Assembly: GCA_016713435.1 (NCBI GenBank)
Contig: JADJPD010000003.1
Span: 282,121-346,120 of the forward strand
Source of the DNA: Gemmatimonadota bacterium
GTDB lineage: Bacteria > Gemmatimonadota > Gemmatimonadetes > Gemmatimonadales > GWC2-71-9
Direction of reading: 5' to 3'
Length of the DNA: 64,000 nucleotides
In this document: positions 1 to 8,939 of the stretch, in pieces
Layout of the letters: each line of letters starts with the position of its first letter
How positions within the stretch are numbered: position 1 is the stretch's first letter
Notes under the pieces: model-generated
Seen by the model: only the letters and a program-made list of their open reading frames with translations
Told to the model about the DNA's origin: nothing
Databases searched by the model: none
Program-made: the position numbers and the translations under genes

Positions 1-1
1 G

Positions 2-1210
2 CCCGACTGCCCCGAGGATCTGGCGCTGGCGGTGATGCGCTGCCTGGAGAAGGACCCGGAGAACCGCTGGCCGTCGGCCGATGCGCTGCGGCGCGCGCTC
101 GAGTCGCGCACGGTCACCAACTACCGGCCCACGGGCCAGACGCGGCGCGGCCTCACCGCCGCCAACCCCGCCGCCGACCGGCCGGACGTCTCGCCGCGGC
201 GCAGCTCGGGGATGAACCCGCAGATCCCCCAGAGCCCGCCGCTGGGCCGCCGTCCCCTGCCCCAGCGGCCGAGCCAGGCGCGCCCGGCGCCGAGCGACGA
301 TTGGCGGGACCGCCTGGACCGGCACATGGACCGCGCCAGCCGCCGGATGGAGCGGCGGAGCGGCGGGACCGACACGCCGCTGCCGGTGCCGGACACCGGC
401 GAGCCCAAGATCGTCCAGAAGACGCGGGCGCAGTTTGCGCGCTGGGCGGCGGTGTCGGCCGGCTGCTTCATGATCAACATCGCCACGGGGATGAACGAGC
501 CGTGGTTCCTGTTCCCCACGTTCTTCATGGGGTTCGGGCTGGCCAACAGCTACAGCCGGCTGTGGCAGGCGGGCTATACCTGGCGGGACGTGCTGAACCG
601 GCCGGCGGCACCCGATGCCATCGCCATCCCGAGCGGCAAGGGAGGCAAGGCGGTACGCGCCCTTCCGGCGCCGCGGGCCGACGAGTACGGGCCGTTCCTG
701 GGCCAGGTGATGCAGGCGCACACCGACCGGCAGGCCATCATCAAGCTGCTGGAGAAGATGTCGCCCGGGGAGCGGAACATGCTGCCCGAGGACGTGCCCG
801 GGACGGTGGAAAGCCTGTACCAGCGGGCCACCGACCTGGCCAAGACGCTCTACTCCATGGACACCAACATGGACCTCCAGAGCCTGGAGCGGATCGACCA
901 GCGGATCGAGGCCCTGAAGCGCGAGCCGGACGACGAGGAGCGCGGACGGCGGATGACGCTGCTGGAGCGGCAGAAGAAGACCATCGGCGACCTCCAGGGC
1001 CGGCGGGACCTCATCGCCAGCCAGCTCGAGAGCTGCATCCTGGCCATGCAGAACGTGCGCTTCGACCTGCTCCGCCTCCGCTCGGCCGACGCGGCGGCGG
1101 CGCTCGGGGACCTGACCATGGCGACCCAGCAGGCGCGGGCGCTGTCGCGGGACGTGGACAACGCGATCGTGGCGGCGGCCGAAATCCGGGAGGCGCTCGG
1201 GAAGGACTAG
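2..1210 (+). CDS. Ser/Thr protein kinase, C-terminal part (5' end lies outside the window): end of kinase domain, Pro/Arg-rich linker, two TM helices, coiled-coil tail
   Basis: From nt 2 the frame reads PDCPEDLALAVMRCLEKDPENRWPSADAL, the end of a Hanks kinase C-lobe. Hydrophobic segments follow (WAAVSAGCFMINIATG / WFLFPTFFMGFGLANSY). Codon position 3 is G/C-rich. Stop TAG at 1208-1210. Confidence 0.8.
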   Translation, partial: PDCPEDLALAVMRCLEKDPENRWPSADALRRALESRTVTNYRPTGQTRRGLTAANPAADRPDVSPRRSSGMNPQIPQSPPLGRRPLPQRPSQARPAPSDDWRDRLDRHMDRASRRMERRSGGTDTPLPVPDTGEPKIVQKTRAQFARWAAVSAGCFMINIATGMNEPWFLFPTFFMGFGLANSYSRLWQAGYTWRDVLNRPAAPDAIAIPSGKGGKAVRALPAPRADEYGPFLGQVMQAHTDRQAIIKLLEKMSPGERNMLPEDVPGTVESLYQRATDLAKTLYSMDTNMDLQSLERIDQRIEALKREPDDEERGRRMTLLERQKKTIGDLQGRRDLIASQLESCILAMQNVRFDLLRLRSADAAAALGDLTMATQQARALSRDVDNAIVAAAEIREALGKD

Positions 1211-1490
1211 GGGGCTGGTTCGGGTCGTTGGCTGGGCCGGGGGTGCGGTGGGGTTCACCGCAGAGGCGCAGAGGCGCGGAGGGCCGCAGAGGACCTGCCC
1301 GAGGATGGTGGGCTCACCGCAAGGTGAGCCCATTGTTGTTTTGTGGGTACCTTCGCGGGCTGCGCCATCCCCGGCCCGTGCCGTCAGGCCAGCCTCACCC
1401 AAATTCTTCACGCCTGAGTCGGCAATGCCCCGCCCGGGCTCGCTGCCTCTGCGGCCCTCGGCGCCTCCGCGCCTCTGGGAGTCACACCGG
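1207..1490. repeat. Palindromic intergenic element, copy 1 (MITE/REP-like)
   Basis: Left arm 1254-1298 (ttcaccgcagaggcgcagaggcgcggagggccgcagaggacctgc) is an imperfect inverted repeat of 1442-1488. An internal hairpin gggctcacc-gcaa-ggtgagccc has a GNRA-type loop. The same arm sequence recurs at 25985-26227 and 58510-58803. Confidence 0.8.
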
Positions 1491-1676
1491 CCCCTGCCCG
1501 CCTGCGCCGCCCGCCCCTGCCCGCCCCGCCAGCCTGCCGGACCGGGGGTTCTTCCGTGAGGGGGCCCGGTGGGTATATTCCCGCCCGTCTAAAGTTGCAT
1601 TTTGGCTCATTCTTGGGGTGCCCGGGCGGTGAGGCGGGTGCCCCCATCCAATGACAAGTCAGCTGGAGGCTTTGCG

Positions 1677-2702
1677 ATGTCCGTCGCCCGTCGGATTGTT
1701 GCTGGCCGCGCCCGTACCCTGGTGATGGGTGCGGTGGCGTCGGCGACCCTGCTCTCGGCCTGCGCCAAGAAGGACGAGGCGCCGCCGGCGCCGGCGGGCC
1801 CGCCGCTGGTGGCCATGGTCCGCGCGGCCGACTGGATGGGCAGCGAGTGGAGCGAGGACGCGATCAAGTTCGGCCTGAGCGAGATGGGCCTCGAGGAGGG
1901 GAAGGACTACGTCCTCAAGACCACCAGCGCCCAGGGCGACATCGCCACGCTGCCGAGCCTGCTCGACGCCGCGCGCGACGAGAAGGCGGCCGTGATCGTG
2001 GCGCTCCAGGACCCGACCCTCCAGGTGGCGGTCGAGCGGGTGAAGGACGTGCCGGTGGTCTTCCACCTGCTCTCCGACCCGTTCGCCATCGGCGCCGGCA
2101 CCACCGACAGCGCCCACCTGCCGAACATCACGGGCGTGTACTCCCCCGGCTTCGGCGACCCGGAGCAGGAGCGCCGCGTGCAGCTGATCCGCCGCACGCT
2201 GCCCAAGGCCAAGAAGCTCGGCATCCTGTTCAGCCCCGACGAGGCGCTGTCGGTGAACCTCAAGGACAAGATGACCGGCTCGGCGCAGAAGGCGGGCTTC
2301 ACGGTGGTGGCGCAGCCCATCGCCAGCGTGGCCGAGGCGGCCGCGGCCGCGCAGGCGCTGATGGCACAGGGCGTGGATGCCATCGAGATCTACGGCAACG
2401 CGGCGCACACCGCCTTCGACGCGATCATCACGGCGGCCAAGGAGAAGAAGGTGCCGGTGTTCTCGTCGTCGCCGTTCGAGGTGATGAAGGGCGCGGTGGC
2501 GGCCTTCTACCCCGACTTCCAGGAGGGTGGCGTCGAGGCGGGCAAGATGATCGGGCGGATCATCAAGGGTGAGAGCCCGGCCGGGATCCCCTTCTTCCGC
2601 GTGGAGACCACCAAGCTCCTCGTGAACCCGAACACCGGCGTCCAGGTGCCGGCCGAGGTGGCCAAGGAAGGCACCGTGGTGGGCGCCCCCGCAGCGCCGT
2701 GA
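1677..2702 (+). CDS. ABC transporter substrate-binding lipoprotein (uncharacterised ABC_sub_bind / COG2984-like family)
   Basis: Signal peptide with lipobox (MSVARRIVAG...ATLLSAC). Periplasmic-binding-fold pattern (VVFHLLSDPF, ITGVYSP, KKLGILFSP). It is followed by a matching permease and ATPase. ATG 1677 is chosen because it precedes the signal peptide. Confidence 0.8.
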   Translation: MSVARRIVAGRARTLVMGAVASATLLSACAKKDEAPPAPAGPPLVAMVRAADWMGSEWSEDAIKFGLSEMGLEEGKDYVLKTTSAQGDIATLPSLLDAARDEKAAVIVALQDPTLQVAVERVKDVPVVFHLLSDPFAIGAGTTDSAHLPNITGVYSPGFGDPEQERRVQLIRRTLPKAKKLGILFSPDEALSVNLKDKMTGSAQKAGFTVVAQPIASVAEAAAAAQALMAQGVDAIEIYGNAAHTAFDAIITAAKEKKVPVFSSSPFEVMKGAVAAFYPDFQEGGVEAGKMIGRIIKGESPAGIPFFRVETTKLLVNPNTGVQVPAEVAKEGTVVGAPAAP

Positions 2703-2711
2703 CCTGACCTG

Positions 2712-3956
2712 ATGCGGATGAGCGCAGCGCACGACGGCCTGATGGCCGTCGTGACGATGACGGGCCGGCTCGATGGTGAGTCGGCTCGTCATCTTTCCGA
2801 CACCATCGAGGACCTCCTCAGGGACGGCGCCCGGACCATTGAGCTGGACATGGCCGGGGTGACGTACCTGAGTTCGGCCGCGGCGCGCGTGCTGGCGCGG
2901 CGGTCGGAGGACCTGCGCACCCTGCGGGGCAGCCTGCAGGTGGTGGCGCCTTCGGATGCCGCGCGGGCGCTGCTGGCGGCGGCGGGGCTGGAGAGCTCGC
3001 TGATCCGGGAGGGGCGGCCCACCCGGCTGTCGATCTCGTCGGGGAAGTTCACGCAGTGGGGCCTGCCGGCCATCGACGCGCAGCACGGCAGCTACGAGGT
3101 GTCGCACTACGCCGAGGGCGGGGTGGCCGTCCGGGTGATCGGGAGCCCGGAGAGCCCGCTCACCCGCCCCTCCGATCCCGCCCGGGCGGAGCGGATCGAG
3201 TTCCCGCTCGGCAGCTTCGGCCTCGGGCTCGGGGCAATCGCGGACTCGCCGGAGGAGGCGCTGCCGCGGCTCGGCGAGTTCATCGCGGCCGAAGGCGTCA
3301 TCGGCTACCTGCCGACGGACGGCGCCACGGTCCCCGACTTCATGGTGAGCTACGCCGAGCGGGTGCCGGCGGCGGTGCTCTCGTCGGGGATCGTGTGGCA
3401 GGGGATGTTCACCGACCTGATCCGCTACTCCACCCAGCCCAACAGCGACGAGATCCCGCTGGCCGAGCTGTGCGAGGTGTGCCTCGAGATGGGGAACGCC
3501 GACGCGCTGGTGCTGGCCACGGTGGCGGAGGTGCGCGGCCTCATCGGCGCGAGCCTGCGGGTGCCGCCGACGCAGGTGGCGGCGGGGGCGGCGCTGCGGG
3601 ACCTGGTGTCGTTCACGCCGGAGCCGTCGTATCCCGGGACCACGGCGCTCATCGTGGGCGTGGTGGCGCGGGGGCGCCAGGGGGCCGCGGGAATCCTGGC
3701 GCCGTACCTCCGGCCGCTCGACGCCGGGGGCACGGTGCGCGGGCACCTGCATGCCGCCGTGTTCCCCTACGCGCCGGTGCCGCAGCGGACGGTGATGCTG
3801 CCGGCGCTGGTGGGGCGGCTGTTCCAGACGCTGCCGCTCCGCGCGGTGCTGCACCTGGTGCAGGACCTCCGGCCGCAGGACGGCGCGGGGACCTCGTCGC
3901 TCCTGCGCGGCGTGTGCTGGACGGCGCAGGTGACGGACGTGGAGGGGGCCGGATGA
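2712..3956 (+). CDS. STAS-domain protein with a C-terminal domain of about 300 aa that I cannot assign
   Basis: The N-terminus (VVTMTGRLDGESARHLSDTIEDLL...ELDMAGVTYLSSAAARVL...LQVVAPSDAARALLAAAGL) is a typical anti-sigma-antagonist/STAS pattern. Position-3 G/C bias supports coding. Its stop overlaps the permease start (ATGA at 3953-3956). Confidence 0.7.
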   Translation: MRMSAAHDGLMAVVTMTGRLDGESARHLSDTIEDLLRDGARTIELDMAGVTYLSSAAARVLARRSEDLRTLRGSLQVVAPSDAARALLAAAGLESSLIREGRPTRLSISSGKFTQWGLPAIDAQHGSYEVSHYAEGGVAVRVIGSPESPLTRPSDPARAERIEFPLGSFGLGLGAIADSPEEALPRLGEFIAAEGVIGYLPTDGATVPDFMVSYAERVPAAVLSSGIVWQGMFTDLIRYSTQPNSDEIPLAELCEVCLEMGNADALVLATVAEVRGLIGASLRVPPTQVAAGAALRDLVSFTPEPSYPGTTALIVGVVARGRQGAAGILAPYLRPLDAGGTVRGHLHAAVFPYAPVPQRTVMLPALVGRLFQTLPLRAVLHLVQDLRPQDGAGTSSLLRGVCWTAQVTDVEGAG

Positions 3957-4831
3957 GCCTCCTCCTCTCGTCGCTGGCGATGGGCATCCTGCTGGCGCTG
4001 CTGAGCCTCGGGGTGTTCGTGTCGTTCCGGATCCTCCGGACACTGGACCTCACGACGGATGGCGCGTTCACCATCGGCGGGGCGGTGAGCGGGGCGCTCC
4101 TCATGGCGGGGCTGCCGCCCATGGTGACGATCCTGGCCGGGGGGGTCGCGGGGGCGCTCGCCGGCGTGGTGACGGGCCTCATCCACACCCGGGGCAAGGT
4201 GGACGCCATCCTCTCCGGCATCCTGGTGACGACGGGACTTTACTCCGTCACCTACTGGACCATGGGCGCCGGCAACCTCTCGCTGGCGAGCCGGCACACG
4301 CTGTTCGACCAGATCGCCGGCCTGGTGCCGGCGCTGCCGCGGGACGTGGGCGCGATCGTGGTGCTGCTGGGGCTCGTCGGCTTCATGGCGGGGGTGTTCG
4401 GGATCTTCGTGAACACCGACCTGGGCCTGGCGCTCCGCTCCACCGGCAGCAACGCGCGCATGGCGAAGGCGCAGGCCATCGACACGGCGCTGGCCACCAC
4501 GCTGGGGCTGGCGCTGGCCAACAGCGGGGTCGGCATCTCGGGCGCGCTGATGGTGCACTACACCGGTTTTGCCAACGTGCAGAACGGCGCCGGGATGATC
4601 GTCACCGCGCTGGCGAGCATCATCCTCGGGGAGGCGCTGTTCTCGCAGCGCACCATCCGGCGGCGGCTGCTCGCGGCGCTCCTGGGCGCGGTGGCGTTCC
4701 GGCTGATGGTGGCGGCGGTGCTCCGGATGGGCTTCGATCCCAACGCGCTCAAGCTGTTCACGGCGCTCTTCGTGCTGCTGGCGCTGCTGCTGCCGCGCTG
4801 GTTCCCGCGGTTCCGGAGGGCGCATGGATAG
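3953..4831 (+). CDS. ABC transporter permease (COG4120-like, branched-chain/sugar-type fold)
   Basis: Multi-TM protein (MSLLLSSLAMGILLALLSLGVFVSFRIL...). The ATG overlaps the upstream stop, and the 3' end overlaps the ATPase start by 8 nt. Confidence 0.85.
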   Translation: MSLLLSSLAMGILLALLSLGVFVSFRILRTLDLTTDGAFTIGGAVSGALLMAGLPPMVTILAGGVAGALAGVVTGLIHTRGKVDAILSGILVTTGLYSVTYWTMGAGNLSLASRHTLFDQIAGLVPALPRDVGAIVVLLGLVGFMAGVFGIFVNTDLGLALRSTGSNARMAKAQAIDTALATTLGLALANSGVGISGALMVHYTGFANVQNGAGMIVTALASIILGEALFSQRTIRRRLLAALLGAVAFRLMVAAVLRMGFDPNALKLFTALFVLLALLLPRWFPRFRRAHG

Positions 4832-5649
4832 CCCGGCGGTGGAGGTGCGCGGCCTGGCCCACGTCTTCAACCGGGGCACGCCGTACGAGACGGCGGCGCT
4901 GCAGGGCGTCAACCTGGTGCTCGAGCCCGGCGCCTTCGTGGTGGTGCTCGGCAGCAACGGGTCGGGGAAGTCCACGCTGCTCAACGCCATTGCGGGGTCG
5001 CTGATGGCGGAGGCGGGGACCATCGCCATTGACCGGACGGACATCACGCGCTGGCCCGGAGCACCAGCGGGCCCGGCTGATTGCCCGGGTGTTCCAGGAC
5101 CCGTTCGCCGGCACGGCGGCGGACATGAGCGTGTTCGAGAACCTCTCCATTGCCTCGATGCGGGGGCAGCGGCGGTGGCTGGCGCGGGCGCTCTCGGGGA
5201 GCCGGCGGCGGGAGCTCACGCGGCAGGTGGCATCGCTCAACCTGGGGCTCGAGACCAAGCTCGACACGCCGATGGGCCTCCTCTCGGGCGGCCAGCGGCA
5301 GGCCATCACGCTGCTGATGGCCATCATGGAGCGGCCGAGCCTGCTCTTGCTCGACGAGCACACCGCGGCGCTCGACCCGCGGAGCGCGGAGACCCTGCTG
5401 CGCCTCACCCAGAGCGTGGTGTCCATGGCGCGGCTCACCACGCTCATGGTGACCCACTCCATGCCGCAGGCGGTACGCCTCGGCGACCGGATCATCATCA
5501 TGCACCGCGGCCAGGTGGCCTACGACATCCAGGGCGCGCAGAAGCGCCGGGTGCGGGTGGAGGACCTGCTGGACCGCTTCGAGGAGCTGCGCCGGCGCGA
5601 CCTGCTCGACGCCGAGGCGGCGGAGATGCTGCGCGAGTCGTACCTCTGA
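4824..5649 (+). pseudogene. ABC transporter ATP-binding protein (COG1101-like), reading frame broken by one extra nucleotide near 5058
   Basis: The N-terminal part in frame 0 carries Walker A (GSNGSGKST). The remainder in frame +1 carries LSGGQRQ, LLLLDEHTAALD and MVTHS. The junction reads cgc tgg ccc G gag cac cag; removing one G restores DITRWPEHQRARLIARVFQDP. Confidence 0.85.
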
Positions 5650-6350
5650 TGCCCGCGGTCGGGCTGTGGGGCGGGTGGCACCTGCTCTGCTTCGGCATCG
5701 CGCTGCCGGTGGCGGCGTACGTGAGCCGGCGGAAGCTGGCCACGCAGCCGCTCCCGCCCCGGGTGCCGTTCTTCTCCAGTGTCATCGTGCAGCAGCTGCT
5801 GTTCCTCGTCATCTCGCTCGGGGTGGCGTGGGGGGAGGGGATCCCGCTCTTTCCCGCGGCGCTGCCGGGCGCGGTGCCCCTCGGGGCCACGCTGCTCCTG
5901 CTGGTGGTGTCGTGCGTCGGCATGCGGCCGTCGTGGATCAAGGCCGTGCGGGAGCGGGAGACGCGCGTGCACCTGACGAGCCCCCGGACGCCGCTCGAGC
6001 GGCGGCTGTGGGTGGGGGTGTCGCTGGCGGCGGGGATCGGGGAGGAACTGACGTACCGCGGGGTGCTGTACGTGCTGCTGTTCCGGCTCACGGGGTCGGT
6101 GGCGGCGGCGGCGCTGCTCTCGGCGCTCTTCTTCGGGGCGGCGCACGTGGTACAGGGGTTCAAGGCCATCTGGATCACGGCGGTGTTCGGGCTGGTGGCG
6201 CAGGGTCTCACGCTCTGGAGCGGCTCGCTGTACGCCGCGATGGTGCTGCACGTAGGATACGACGTGGTGGCGGGGCTGGCCTACGGCCATCTTGCCGAGC
6301 AGCTCAAGTACGACTCCGCCGTCGACGGCCCGTCGGAAGCCCGTACGTAG
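5649..6350 (+). CDS. CPBP-family (CAAX-type) intramembrane glutamic protease
   Basis: Motifs EELTYRG and FGAAH plus HVGYD sit in a multi-TM protein. Its ATG overlaps the ATPase stop (TGATG at 5647-5651). Confidence 0.8.
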   Translation: MPAVGLWGGWHLLCFGIALPVAAYVSRRKLATQPLPPRVPFFSSVIVQQLLFLVISLGVAWGEGIPLFPAALPGAVPLGATLLLLVVSCVGMRPSWIKAVRERETRVHLTSPRTPLERRLWVGVSLAAGIGEELTYRGVLYVLLFRLTGSVAAAALLSALFFGAAHVVQGFKAIWITAVFGLVAQGLTLWSGSLYAAMVLHVGYDVVAGLAYGHLAEQLKYDSAVDGPSEART

Positions 6351-6371
6351 CGGCCGGATACATCCGGCCGC
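6350..6371 (+). terminator. Stem-loop immediately after the CPBP stop
   Basis: gcggccgga-taca-tccggccgc: 9-bp G/C stem, 4-nt loop, no clear U-tract. Confidence 0.4.
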
Positions 6372-6541
6372 GCGCGGAGCGCGTTGATCGTGCGCTGGGC
6401 CGGATTCGTCGGAGGGGCAGGGGGCGCCGGGACGCTGGAGCTGCGGGCAAGGTGGGTTGGTTCGCAGGCGTCGGCAGCTACGCGCCCCTCTGCCCCCCAC
6501 CCCTCCTCCTCAGCCGGCCCCTAACATCGAGGGGGAACGAC

Positions 6542-6567
6542 AAAGGGCCGCCGTTGGCGGCCCTTTG
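6542..6567. terminator. Hairpin between convergent genes (candidate bidirectional terminator)
   Basis: aaagggccgcc-gttg-ggcggcccttt, flanked by A-rich sequence on the left and T-containing sequence on the right, 20 nt from the E1 gene stop. Confidence 0.55.
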
Positions 6568-6586
6568 CGTTCTTCGGGGATTGGGG

Positions 6587-8714
6587 TCAGTAGCCGACGA
6601 TCTCTTCCATGGCGGCGCGGAGGGTGCCCACCTGGGGGAGGATCACGTCCTCCAGTTCCGGGGCGTAGGCCACGAAGGTGTCGGTGGCGGCCACGCGGCG
6701 GACCGGGGCGTCGAGCCACTCGAACGCCTCCTGGGCGATGCGCGCGGCGATCTCGGCGCCGTAGCCCCAGGAGAGGCTGTCCTCGTAGGCCACGATGACG
6801 CGGCTCGTCTTCCGGACGGAGGCATAGATGGTGTCCCAGTCCACCGGCGACAGGGTCCGGAGGTCAATGACCTCGGCGCTGATGCCGCGCGTTTCCTCGA
6901 GCTCCTTGGCGGCCACCAGGGTCCGCTGCACCACGGCGCCGTAGGTGATCACGGTGACGTCCGAGCCCTCCTTCACCACCTTGGCCTTGCCGAAGGGGAT
7001 CATGAAGTTGGGGCCGGGGTTCGGCGACTTGTTGTAGGTCTGGCGGTAGAGGTGCTTGTGCTCGAGGAAGAGCACCGGGTCCTCGCTCCGGATGGCGGTG
7101 CGGAGGAGGCCGTTGGCGTCGAGCGCGGTGGCGGGGCAGACCACGCGGAGGCCGGGGACGCCGGTGAAGATCGCGGCGCCCGTCTGCGAGTGATAGACGG
7201 CGCCGCCCTTGAGGTAGCCGCCGTACGTCACGCGCACCACCACCGGGCTCGCGAAGGCGTTGTTGCTGCGCCAGCGCATGAGGGCCAGCTCGTTCCGGAG
7301 CTGCATGTAGGCCGGCCAGATGTAGTCGAAGAACTGGATCTCGACCACCGGCTTGAGCCCGCGCGTGGCGAGCCCGATGGCCCGGCCAATGATGTTGGCC
7401 TCGGCGAGCGGCGAGTTGTAGACGCGGTCGCCGCCGTAGGCGCGCTGCAGGCCCCAGGTGACCTTGAAGACGCCGCCCTTGCCCTTCACCTCGCCGAGGT
7501 GCTGCTCGCGGGTGGCGTCGGCGACGTCCTCGCCGAAGATGACGATGCGCGGGTCGCGCGCCATCTCGTCCTTGAGGCAGGCATTCAGCAGGTCCACCAT
7601 GGTGGTGGGGTCGCCGCTGAAGCGGGGGTCGTCCTCGGTGTCGAACTGCTCGGAGGTGGGATCGACGTCGGGGCTGTAGACGAAGTCGTACACCGAGTCG
7701 AGCGGCGGCTGCGGGGAGGCCAGCGCCACGTCGGTGGCCAGCTGCACCTCTTCCTCCACCTGCTTCCGGATCCCCTCCAGCTCCGCCTCGGTGGCCAGCC
7801 CCTGCGCGATGAGCCAGGCGGGGAAGCGGGTCACCGGGTCCTTCGCGGCATCGGCCTGCCGCTCGCTGGGCGGGCGGTAGAGGATCTCGTCGTCGGAGAG
7901 GGAGTGGCTGTAGGGGCGGATGACGTGGGCGTGCACCAGCGCCGGACCCTTCCGGGCGCGGGCGTAATCCACGGCCTTCTGCAGCACCTCGAAGGAGGCC
8001 ACGGGATCGCAGCCGTCCACCTCCTGGATGTAGAGGGCCGGGGAAGCTCGCCAGCAGCTTGCTGATGGAGCCGCCCGGGGTGTTCACCTCCACCGGCACC
8101 GAGATGGCGTAGCCGTTGTCCTCGATGACGTAGACCACCGGCAGCTTGAGGTTGCAGGCCGAGTTGATGGACTCCCAGAACTCGCCCTCGCTGGTGGTGC
8201 CGTCGCCGGAGGAGACGAACACCACCTCGTCCCCGTTGGGGCCGGCGACGCTGTCGGCCATGCCCTGGACCTTGGAATAGCGGAGCCACGCCTCCGCGCA
8301 GCCCACCGCCTGCAGGAACTGGGTCCCGGTGGGGCTCGAGGCGCTGACGATGTTCAGCTCCTTGTGCCCGAAGTGGGACGGCATCTGGCGGCCGCCGCTG
8401 TTCGGGTCCTCGGCCGCGCCGACGGCGGAGAGCAGCATCTCCGTGGCCGTCATGCCGAGGCCGAGGCAGAGGGCGCGGTCGCGGTAGTAGGTGTAGAACC
8501 AGTCGTAGCCGGGGCGGAACACCTTGGAGGCGGCGGCGAGCACCGCTTCATGCCCGGCGCCCGAGATCTGGAAGAAGATCTTGTTCTGGCGCTTGAGCTG
8601 GATCTCGCGGTCGTCAATGCGGCGCGAGAGCACGATGAGGCGGTAGATGTCGAGGAGATCGGCCTTGGCGAGCGTTCGGGCCGTCTTCGGGGTGCCGCGG
8701 GTCCGGGTAGCCAT
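6587..8714 (-). pseudogene. Fused E1 alpha/beta subunit of a 2-oxoacid (pyruvate/branched-chain type) dehydrogenase, reading frame broken near 8035-8037
   Basis: The alpha part (8714 down to about 8040) has [14 protein letters not shown] (TPP motif). The beta part (about 8036 down to 6587) has [21 protein letters not shown] and [11 protein letters not shown]. On the coding strand ttc ccc ggc C ctc tac atc cag gag gtg gac ggc restores ...[15 protein letters not shown] if one C is removed. Confidence 0.85.
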
Positions 8715-8939
8715 GGCGGTAAGATCGTGACCGGGGTGGGGGATCGGTAGGGGCCGACCGTGACGACCCTCGATGGTGCGGAATCGGGCAGGAAGGAGCC
8801 ATGAAGTGACGCGGAAAAGGGGGAAACGACCCCGCCGGCCGGCGGCCCCCGACTGAACCCGCGGCGCCGGTGCCGCGTAGGGTGCGGGGCCGCTCCCCCT
8901 GCCCCACCCGGCGGTCCCTCACCTTCACCCCGGATTCCC

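Noticed and set aside
1254-1488. Possibility that the recurring cagaggcgc... repeats are a CRISPR array.
   Set aside because: The repeats are inverted rather than direct, occur as single pairs at three distant loci, have unequal spacing, and no cas genes are present.
1248-1559. Short ORFs inside the palindromic elements (1248-1559, 25871-26143, 58520-58798, 58629-58823) giving similar peptides such as ...SPQRRGDAEGRRGP...
   Set aside because: Their similarity comes from the repeated arm DNA read in both orientations. They lack start context and cross hairpins, and their frames differ between copies. They are most likely non-coding.
5052-5064. Programmed ribosomal frameshifting as an explanation for the three split genes (5058, 8035-8037, 37354-37358).
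   Set aside because: There is no slippery heptamer or downstream structure resembling known +1/-1 sites. The affected enzymes (ABC ATPase, E1 dehydrogenase, GlpD) are not known to use recoding. All three sites are G/C homopolymer contexts, which fits base-calling indels or simple mutations.
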